A stretch of DNA of 32,000 nucleotides from Synechococcus sp. A15-28 (GCF_014280175.1 NZ_CP047931.1:960001-992000), one strand, 5' to 3'. Numbered from the stretch's first letter, positions 1 through 6,172 are shown. The notes: generated by a model from the sequence alone, not told the origin. Numbers and translations are program-made.

Positions 1-330
1 CAAGAGAGTTCAACCTATTCCTTTCATGGGTGGTCTGGTCTCCCAACCCTTATCACATCACATGTTTAAAGATGCGTAAGCTAGCGACATAGGCCTTCTT
101 TTCACCAGGAAGAGCGGCCTTCCTCTTTAGGGAGTTACGAAAAATAGGGCCATCCTCCTGCAAGTTAGTCTTATTAAACCTGGGTTGTTTGGCAAAAAGT
201 CCGCCGTAAAGCCTTGGTACGGTTAGTACGAAAAACTTTTGCGACAAAAACCAACGGGCTGCTGTCTTCTGCTTACTAGTTTTAATGTATCTACTGTTGT
301 TTGATGGCCTTCCGAGTGCGCCTAAGAAGC

Positions 331-573
331 ATGTCCGACTATGGGTATGCAGTTCTCTGGGAGAAAGTTCGAATTGAATATTTCACCAGTGTTGGTGATC
401 AACAACGCGCTGACCAATGCAAAAAATACCTGCAGGAGCTGGAGTGGCGCTTGGCCATGTTGCCTTCGACTGATCATCTTGAGCAGCTAGAGCAAAGCTC
501 AGGTGATCCATTGGCAGATGCCGGCTGGATTCCCTCTGAGGAAAAACATCAATTCCATGCAAAAAATAGTTAG
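331..573 (+). CDS. hypothetical small protein (start at MSDYGYAVLWEK; ORF track opens at 301)
   Basis: Open frame with balanced composition; charged helical region (QQRADQCKKYLQELEWRLAML). No family recognised. Confidence 0.45.
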   Translation: MSDYGYAVLWEKVRIEYFTSVGDQQRADQCKKYLQELEWRLAMLPSTDHLEQLEQSSGDPLADAGWIPSEEKHQFHAKNS

Positions 574-615
574 CGTCATATTTTTCGTGGCAACTCACCG
601 AATGAAACCAATAAA

Positions 616-831
616 TTAGTACTCACCTGGTATACCGAATTCAGCTCTGCAGTTATTGACATCGACTCTGTACTGAGTCCACTTTGTATTCTTTTCAGAA
701 GCGGCCAGCACACATCTTTCATATGTTTTTGGTTCTTGCTTTTGTTGGTCATCTTCTTCAGCAGCTTTAGCTACTGGACATGCAACAGTGATTATCGCGC
801 CAACAATAATCAGAAAGGATTTAATCTCCAC
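616..831 (-). CDS. putative small secreted protein (~71 aa, GTG start proposed)
   Basis: Signal-peptide-like VEIKSFLIIVGAIITVACPVAKA followed by a short polar mature region with two Cys (YERCVLAAS...VNNCRAEF). Start is uncertain; the track opens at 945. Confidence 0.45.
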   Translation of the reverse strand: MEIKSFLIIVGAIITVACPVAKAAEEDDQQKQEPKTYERCVLAASEKNTKWTQYRVDVNNCRAEFGIPGEY

Positions 832-868
832 TCCCTCATCCCATTGACTTATTATTTTAAACCGATGT

Positions 869-1249
869 TTACCTGCAGTGCGTTTGGTGCGTGAAGCGTC
901 CACGGAAGTGAGCAGCAAACTGCGCATCCAGTTGTGGCTGCACAACCATTGCTCGCAATGCGTTCAACGCACCAACAGCTGAGGCGTACTGACCATCGCG
1001 TTCAGCCTTGGCCGCCAGGCGTTGATACTGCGTTGCCAACCAACCCACCATCTGCTGAAGCTCAACCAAGTCCAAGGCGTTCGCTAGTTCACTCTGAGCG
1101 ATTTCTAGGTCACGCAGACTCGTTCGCCTGCTGCACCCCCACTTCACAGTCAGCTGAGACGCAGCATCAGTTGGTGGAACACAACTGCTGATCAGCTGTA
1201 GAGCCTCGTTACGACGCTGCTGGCGTTGTTGTCTAGTAGTTATTGCCAT
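869..1249 (-). CDS. hypothetical protein with helix-turn-helix-like N-terminal region
   Basis: MAITTRQQRQQRRNEALQLISSCVPPTDAASQLTVKWGCSRRTSLRDLEIAQ resembles the DNA-binding segment of small terminase/phage-type regulators, by motif reading only. Confidence 0.5.
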   Translation of the reverse strand: MAITTRQQRQQRRNEALQLISSCVPPTDAASQLTVKWGCSRRTSLRDLEIAQSELANALDLVELQQMVGWLATQYQRLAAKAERDGQYASAVGALNALRAMVVQPQLDAQFAAHFRGRFTHQTHCR

Positions 1250-1282
1250 GTTAGGGAGCGGCAAATTTTTGAGTTGGGGCAC

Positions 1283-1318
1283 TGATAATAATAATCATTC
1301 TTTGTTCCAATAATGATT
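1283..1318 (+). promoter_or_regulatory. candidate metal-responsive operator upstream of metallothionein (Zur-like AT-rich dyad)
   Basis: TGATAATAATAATCATTC and AATAATGATTCTC; perfect 7-bp inverted repeat AATCATT (1293-1299)/AATGATT (1312-1318), 66-91 bp upstream of the ATG at 1384. Confidence 0.4.
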
Positions 1319-1383
1319 CTCTTTCTTATGCTTAGGTCACATTACTGTTCTAGTATTGAAATGAAATTACGAGGTCAACTCAA

Positions 1384-1554
1384 ATGTCAACAGCCGTCAA
1401 CTGTGCATGTCCTAAATGTACTTGCGAGGTCAGCGAGGAGAGCGCAATTGTTCTTCAGGGTAAGTTCTTCTGTTCGACAGCCTGTTCAACAGGGCATCCC
1501 AACAATGAGCCCTGTCATGGTGAAGGTTCTTGTGGGTGTAAATGCGGTGAGTGA
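1384..1554 (+). CDS. smtA: bacterial metallothionein (SmtA/BmtA family), 56 aa
   Basis: MSTAVNCACPKCTCEVSEESAIVLQGKFFCSTACSTGHPNNEPCHGEGSCGCKCGE: CxCxxCxC N-terminus, central CSTAC, His residues, CxCxC tail. GAGG lies upstream of ATG. Confidence 0.93.
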   Translation: MSTAVNCACPKCTCEVSEESAIVLQGKFFCSTACSTGHPNNEPCHGEGSCGCKCGE

Positions 1555-1626
1555 TCAGGGTCACTGATGACGTTGGTGTGGCTTGAGGCGTTCGTTTGGT
1601 GAAGGCCATGTCAATCAGATCAGCTT

Positions 1627-1642
1627 CGGGGGGGGGGGGGGG
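1627..1642 (+). repeat. poly-G homopolymer (16 G)
   Basis: Read directly: cttc-G16-aggattt. Confidence 0.9.
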
Positions 1643-1780
1643 AGGATTTGGCGGTTTTTAGCTGAGAAGCATTGGTGTTACTGGTTTTTTTGGGGGGTGC
1701 CGTGTATAGGTTGTGTCCGCGGCCCTTGCCCGGAGATTTATTGGGCCAGCTGCATTGTCGTTACCTAGCTTCATGATCGT

Positions 1781-2044
1781 GTGTACGTAAATGACGCTTC
1801 TGAAAGATCCGCCGGCATTGTATTTAGCTTTTCAGCAATTAATTTTCTCTCATGTTTCATGGCCCATTTAAATGCTGGCGAACAAGCGATGTGTAAAGCG
1901 CAACTACTCCAATTGGCGCGTGAAATTGAAATAGAAACAAACATACGACGAATGGAAATTGCTAGAGAGCGTTTCTCTTCAAAGACTGATTCAGTTGTCG
2001 TAGTAGCAGGTAATGGCGGGGGCTTTAAGGGCATAAATCGCTGA
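1781..2044 (+). CDS. hypothetical small protein (likely shorter start within frame, around MAHLNAGEQAM)
   Basis: MAHLNAGEQAMCKAQLLQLAREIEIETNIRRMEIARERFSSKTDSVVVVAGNGGGFKGINR has a coherent amphipathic helix composition. Confidence 0.5.
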   Translation: MYVNDASERSAGIVFSFSAINFLSCFMAHLNAGEQAMCKAQLLQLAREIEIETNIRRMEIARERFSSKTDSVVVVAGNGGGFKGINR

Positions 2045-2170
2045 GATTAACTGCGCTGCAATGGATTTACCCCCGCGGCCCTTGCCCGGCGCTTTTGGGG
2101 GTGTGAATCGCTGAGATGCATTGCGCTGCAGTGGATCTACCCCTGCCGGTCTTGCTGGCCGGTTTTCACT
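2031..2170 (+). repeat. imperfect tandem duplication, 70-bp period, two units
   Basis: AATCGCTGAGAT...TGCGCTGCA.TGGAT.TACCCC... at 2037 and again at 2107; each unit ends in a GC-rich dyad followed by T-rich sequence. Confidence 0.8.
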
Positions 2171-2245
2171 CCATTCAGGCTTGTAACAAGAGCTACAAGT
2201 GCTGACTATTTGTCTTAGACCAAGGACAGAGAAGAGGAGGAAAAG

Positions 2246-2347
2246 ATGCTCAACGAAATGCTTCTCACCACCACCCTGTGCGTTGCCATCGTTGGCGCTA
2301 TGGCTCTCTTCTATAGAGAGCTTCAGCTGCTGCAACAAGATCACTAG
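2246..2347 (+). CDS. putative single-TM microprotein, 33 aa
   Basis: MLNEMLLTTTLCVAIVGAMALFYRELQLLQQDH; strong SD (gaagaggagg) just upstream of ATG; hydrophobic core then polar tail. Confidence 0.5.
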   Translation: MLNEMLLTTTLCVAIVGAMALFYRELQLLQQDH

Positions 2348-2366
2348 TTAGTCAGCTCCCAATCAT

Positions 2367-2558
2367 TCACAACAGCCCTGCACCTTTGAAGGCTTCGATC
2401 ACTTCTGCTTCCGCAGCGGGATCGAGGTTCATGTCAGCGATGGTGTCCTGAATGATGCGCCTGGTGATGGCGAACCATTCCTTGCGCGTTGCTGAGCGTG
2501 GCCAGACGTCTATTTCAAGGACTGGTGTTGGAGAGACATGATCAAGGATGATCGGCAT
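2367..2558 (-). CDS. hypothetical small protein
   Basis: Open frame with ...TRRIIQDTIADMNLDPAAEAEVIEAFKGAGLL; protein-like composition only. Confidence 0.35.
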   Translation of the reverse strand: MPIILDHVSPTPVLEIDVWPRSATRKEWFAITRRIIQDTIADMNLDPAAEAEVIEAFKGAGLL

Positions 2559-2647
2559 CGGTATCGGGCGCGTCTCTGAACGACTTGCGGTCTAGATCCA
2601 CATTTTTGACGGTACTTAGCCATTATAGTGTTAGGTATTGCATTCTC

Positions 2648-3202
2648 ATGAAAGAACCTTCACTCAACAATGACGACAATTTCCAGATCTTTCTTCAAGG
2701 TCGCAACAAAAAAGCTAAATATTTAAAATATAATCTGTCACTCTTTTCGAAGGGTACGAATAAAATTGAATTAATCAGTTATAGCTTTGATGGTGATACA
2801 ACAATTCACTTTGCTAAAAACAGAAAAGACGCAAGAAAGGTTCATTCAACACATGATGTTGATTTAATTTTTGATCAAAAGAAGGGTTTTCTCTATAGGA
2901 ATCGCAATGGAGCTGGCAAAGGGTTTGGAAAGAAAGGTGGCGTAATTGCTCGTCTTAGCAATTTGTCAAATATTGATTCAAGTGACTTCCTATTTTCTAA
3001 TTCCAGTGATAGAGATTTAGGAGAATCATATCAAGGTTCAGATGAATCTACGTCATCTGATTCTTCTAGTACCAGCTATGGCGATTATAACTATGGATAT
3101 CGCGGGCAAAGTTATTCTAGATTGTTTGATCCCGAGAATAGCTTTGATTGCGGGCTTGATGCATTGTGGGATATGCAGACTAGTCCCTTCTGCACATTCT
3201 AA
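2648..3202 (+). CDS. hypothetical protein with RTX/hemolysin-adjacent-like motif, AT-rich gene (start MKEPSLNNDD proposed; track opens at 2585)
   Basis: VDLIFDQKKGFLYRNRNGAGKGFGKKGGVIARLSNLSNIDSSDFLF resembles the LxYDxxGxLYYxxNGxxxGFGxGGxIAxLxGxxxLxASDFxx segment at the end of cyanobacterial RTX-type proteins; Ser/Tyr/Gly-rich C-terminus. Confidence 0.7.
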   Translation: MKEPSLNNDDNFQIFLQGRNKKAKYLKYNLSLFSKGTNKIELISYSFDGDTTIHFAKNRKDARKVHSTHDVDLIFDQKKGFLYRNRNGAGKGFGKKGGVIARLSNLSNIDSSDFLFSNSSDRDLGESYQGSDESTSSDSSSTSYGDYNYGYRGQSYSRLFDPENSFDCGLDALWDMQTSPFCTF

Positions 3203-3410
3203 ATAATAAGATCTTGTGGAAGGCGATTCACGATCAGGTCAGCCTGAATAGGAAGCTGACGTTTGGGCACTAAAACGCGTATTTGGGATACATACAGCTT
3301 GGCTTTTAAGAGTATTATAAAACAGCCAGTTTTACAGTAAACTGTAGTCACCGCAGCGATGGTCCTAGCTTTCGTTCAGACCCTTAGGTGAGCCTCGATC
3401 AGCTTGTCAT

Positions 3411-3539
3411 TCAAAGTGCTGGATAAGCATTCGAAACACCCCATAGGGCGAGAGCTGTGATGCAAGCAAAGACGACAGCAGTTGAAGCTGCCAAATCAGC
3501 TTTCTTCGACTTCTGAACAAATTGAAGTAATCGAGCCAT
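3411..3539 (-). CDS. putative single-TM microprotein, 42 aa
   Basis: MARLLQFVQKSKKADLAASTAVVFACITALALWGVSNAYPAL, basic N-terminus then hydrophobic helix; below track length cutoff. Confidence 0.45.
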   Translation of the reverse strand: MARLLQFVQKSKKADLAASTAVVFACITALALWGVSNAYPAL

Positions 3540-3543
3540 GGTT

Positions 3544-3711
3544 TTAATGCTTAACCCCCCTGTCATGGCTCAGCAGGTCTGTTTGTTCCATCAATGTGAG
3601 TGAGCCCGCATCAATAGTCGGCACATGATGTCGTTGTAGCCGCAGCTGCACAGGCAATTTGAAGCTCACTTCCGTGGGAGCCACTCGCATAAGCCGTTCC
3701 GGCGCTGACAT
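3544..3711 (-). CDS. hypothetical small ORF, 55 aa, immediately upstream of the 42-aa microprotein
   Basis: MSAPERLMRVAPTEVSFKLPVQLRLQRHHVPTIDAGSLTLMEQTDLLSHDRGVKH; open frame only. Confidence 0.25.
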   Translation of the reverse strand: MSAPERLMRVAPTEVSFKLPVQLRLQRHHVPTIDAGSLTLMEQTDLLSHDRGVKH

Positions 3712-3794
3712 TCCATTGTCACGATCTAATCAACTGAACAGTGGCAAAACCTTGGGATGCCTATCAAATGGCTGACTCCTTCTTTGTACTTCCC

Positions 3795-4112
3795 ATGCAG
3801 ATGTATCTCGCGGATTGCGTTTTTCCTGAGATTGAAGGTCAACTGGCTGCTTACAAATGCTTCTGTGAGCTGTGGGATTCAGGAGAAATAGCGAAGCTAG
3901 ACAACTTTGATGGCTTTGAAATGTTGTTCCGCGTCCACGCACCTGGCGCAGGCCGAGTAACAATTTTGTTTAAGGCAGAGAGTGATGCTCAGATCTTTGA
4001 AGCCTTCGCGCCATGGCGTCCTCAATTCGGCATTGAGATGGACTTCACTCCTGTAATCCGGTGTCAGGATGTGGTCGGTTACCACAAAAAGCTTTTCGCG
4101 AAGATGTCCTGA
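3795..4112 (+). CDS. DUF3303-like protein (start MQMYLADCVF; track opens at 3741)
   Basis: MQMYLADCVFPEIEGQLAAYKCFCELWDSGEIAKLDNFDGFEMLFRVHAPGAGRVTILFKAESDAQIFEAFAPWRPQFGIEMDFTPVIRCQDVV matches the remembered layout of this small ferredoxin-like-fold family. Confidence 0.7.
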   Translation: MQMYLADCVFPEIEGQLAAYKCFCELWDSGEIAKLDNFDGFEMLFRVHAPGAGRVTILFKAESDAQIFEAFAPWRPQFGIEMDFTPVIRCQDVVGYHKKLFAKMS

Positions 4113-4324
4113 GCAGTGCGTAGGTAAGGCAGTACTGGAAAGCCGTACGGGAGAACAGTGTCCAGACCATTCCACCGTGCTATCATCTTCAAATGACCAC
4201 TAATATGATTAGTTTCGCTAATAGATAGTGCTAAGCAATTTAGGCCCAACTTATCTGGCGCTAAATAATGAAGGCGATCTGAAGAAACCTACGCTGTACT
4301 ACACAAGAAGGACCCGTATTCGTC

Positions 4325-4555
4325 TTAATTACGTGATCTAACCGTGCTGCTGTCGATATAAATTCCATGCATCTTCTTGTCCATGCAGTCATAGAACTTT
4401 TGAGAGAAGTCAAGGTCAACGCTCGCGCAGAAGGCATGTGCCCTGTCAGCCACCTGCTCAAACTTCTTCATTGACAGGAAGACTTGCTTGTCGCTGAAAG
4501 AGAGCGCAGGTTCTGCCATGAACAGCATTGAGAAGGGCAAGACGAGAAATTTCAT
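4325..4555 (-). CDS. putative small secreted protein with two cysteines, 76 aa
   Basis: MKFLVLPFSMLFMAEPALSFSDKQVFLSMKKFEQVADRAHAFCASVDLDFSQKFYDCMDKKMHGIY...: clear signal peptide, paired Cys in helices. Confidence 0.6.
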   Translation of the reverse strand: MKFLVLPFSMLFMAEPALSFSDKQVFLSMKKFEQVADRAHAFCASVDLDFSQKFYDCMDKKMHGIYIDSSTVRSRN

Positions 4556-4759
4556 GACGTCAGTCTGGCGCGGGATATCCGTAGATTAGTAGCAATGGGA
4601 AGCGTACATTGCTGTTTGGCGTGACTGTTTTACATCACCTAAGCCGTTAGAGGAAAATTACACGTTACGTTGATGTGGCTGAAAACTTTCGTTTGGTGAG
4701 ATGTGATACGACATCCTCCGAATGAGCAGGCTTAGACCAAAGGAAATAAGGTTTTACTC

Positions 4760-4960
4760 ATGACAATCCACATCACCAACGCCCAATCGCTTGGAAATCT
4801 CATCGTTGAAGGTACACACAGGCCGTTTCGTGCTTTGGCCTGCCCTCTAGGAAATATCTCTCGTAAAGTTGACTTTGTGGAAGTTTTCGCTGAGAAAACT
4901 TTCAGCGCACCGGATCTGCCACGGACACTTGCTGTGAGGCATGCGTTACCGGTGGGCTGA
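4760..4960 (+). CDS. small protein, PFRALAC-motif family member 1
   Basis: MTIHITNAQSLGNLIVEGTHRPFRALACPLGNI..., 16/33 ungapped identities to the ORF at 13276-13452. Confidence 0.65.
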   Translation: MTIHITNAQSLGNLIVEGTHRPFRALACPLGNISRKVDFVEVFAEKTFSAPDLPRTLAVRHALPVG

Positions 4961-5122
4961 AGCGCATCCCGAAGGAGCTGGTGCTTGCTGTTGATCAGAT
5001 GACAGCAGAACTGGAATAACTCTCTCTCCTCCCAACACACACACCACTACACACAGCCCATATCAAGGGAAACACCAGTCAGTGACAACGATTATGCGCG
5101 GCCCATATCTCATAACCCGAAT

Positions 5123-5154
5123 GGCCCACATCCAAAATTTATGGGCCGTTTTTT
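5123..5154 (+). terminator. candidate intrinsic terminator
   Basis: GGCCCA (5123-5128) ... TGGGCC (5142-5147) followed by gTTTTTT. Confidence 0.4.
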
Positions 5155-5190
5155 ATGGGCCATGCCCCTTTTACAGGGGGGAGGGGGTGT

Positions 5191-5793
5191 CTAAAAAAAC
5201 TTTGGCGCCACTTCCAGCAGGCACGATCTCAGGTCCTTTGGATCTGGCTTACCCAGCAGCCACTCCTTGCCTCTTAGCCGCTTGATGCTGGACTTGATCG
5301 CTTCAGCAGAGTGCTGAGGAAGCCCTTCTGTCACGGTCCTGATGCTGGGCTTGATGCCGTGCTGGTTTTGCTTCCTGACGTACTCCATGACGTCGCTGTT
5401 GACCTTGCTGATGTCTGACGTCTTCTTCTGCTCCATCAGCTCAGGCCACAGGAAATCGCCCTGCAGTTGGTACTGACGACGGATGCCTTCACTGCCACGG
5501 CACTTGATCGGCTTCAGGCTCACCAGTTCGTTCTGCTCTTTCTCCAGCAGGTAGACCATGTCTGGTGCTTCCTGTAGTGCCTTGTTGTCTGCGATCTTTC
5601 CAACCTTGTTGGCGTGATGGATCCACAGCAATGCAGCATTGCGCAGAACGATGTCATGCACCGCATCCATGTGATGCCGAATGATCGGTCTTGAGATGTC
5701 ATCAAGCAATGGCCCAAGGGCGCCCTTCAGTTCGGCATTGCGGGCTTCAAGGGCTGTCTCCAGCGCTCTTTCGTGGCGTGTTGAGGCGACCAA
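5191..5793 (-). CDS. hypothetical protein, 200 aa (TTG start in track; possibly 5'-truncated)
   Basis: Long open frame with protein-like composition; the same frame stays open upstream through a GHSYGHSYGHS-encoding repeat without a standard start. Confidence 0.55.
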   Translation of the reverse strand: MVASTRHERALETALEARNAELKGALGPLLDDISRPIIRHHMDAVHDIVLRNAALLWIHHANKVGKIADNKALQEAPDMVYLLEKEQNELVSLKPIKCRGSEGIRRQYQLQGDFLWPELMEQKKTSDISKVNSDVMEYVRKQNQHGIKPSIRTVTEGLPQHSAEAIKSSIKRLRGKEWLLGKPDPKDLRSCLLEVAPKFF

Positions 5794-5794
5794 G

Positions 5795-5830
5795 CTGTGG
5801 CCATAACTGTGGCCATAACTGTGGCCATTA
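5795..5830 (+). repeat. 12-bp tandem repeat, 3 copies
   Basis: ctgtggccataa / ctgtggccataa / ctgtggccatta. Confidence 0.9.
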
Positions 5831-5943
5831 TGTGCCCATTGGACTGCTTTGCAACGCTCTATAAGGCTGAGAACACCCTTGTGAACTCAGTCGTGGCGGG
5901 AATCTCCCTTGGTTGCTGTGGCTTGCATTAGGAGCGCCGTTCC

Positions 5944-6126
5944 ATGGCCTGGGGGGCATGGTCAGTGGACCCCGCCAAGCTTCGGCGGCTTGGGCGTGCC
6001 TTCAATTGCTGGCGCGCGGAGCATCCCGAGCAGGGGGATTGGCTGCTGCAGCTTGCCGTCGCCGTGGTGCCGTTGCCGCCGGCCCGTGGTGCCGTGCGCT
6101 GGTTCGGACTGGATCAGCTGTGCTGA
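5944..6126 (+). CDS. hypothetical small protein, 60 aa, high GC
   Basis: AGGAG 9 nt upstream of ATG; MAWGAWSVDPAKLRRLGRAFNCWRAEHPEQGDWLLQLAVAVVPLPPARGAVRWFGLDQLC with strong GC3 bias. Confidence 0.45.
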   Translation: MAWGAWSVDPAKLRRLGRAFNCWRAEHPEQGDWLLQLAVAVVPLPPARGAVRWFGLDQLC

Positions 6127-6172
6127 TGCGCAGGTGTTCCTCACCCTTTGGCGTGCGGTCCGGACTCCTTGA

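Noticed and set aside
1583-1768. 61-aa ORF crossing the G16 tract
   Set aside because: The frame depends on homopolymer length and the peptide (FGGGGGRIWRF...CVRGPCPE) is not protein-like; kept only as a repeat observation.
1991-2344. 117-aa minus-strand ORF over the tandem duplication
   Set aside because: Crosses both duplication units and runs antisense to the better-supported microprotein with SD at 2246.
5100-5180. Possible CRISPR-like array because of repeated GGCCCATA words
   Set aside because: Words are only 6-8 bp, irregularly spaced and in both orientations; no 25-37 bp direct repeats with uniform spacers anywhere in the window.
5191-5793. Reverse-transcriptase, transposase or integrase interpretation of the 200-aa orphan
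   Set aside because: No catalytic motif (YxDD, DDE, tyrosine recombinase R-H-R-Y) could be read; left as hypothetical.
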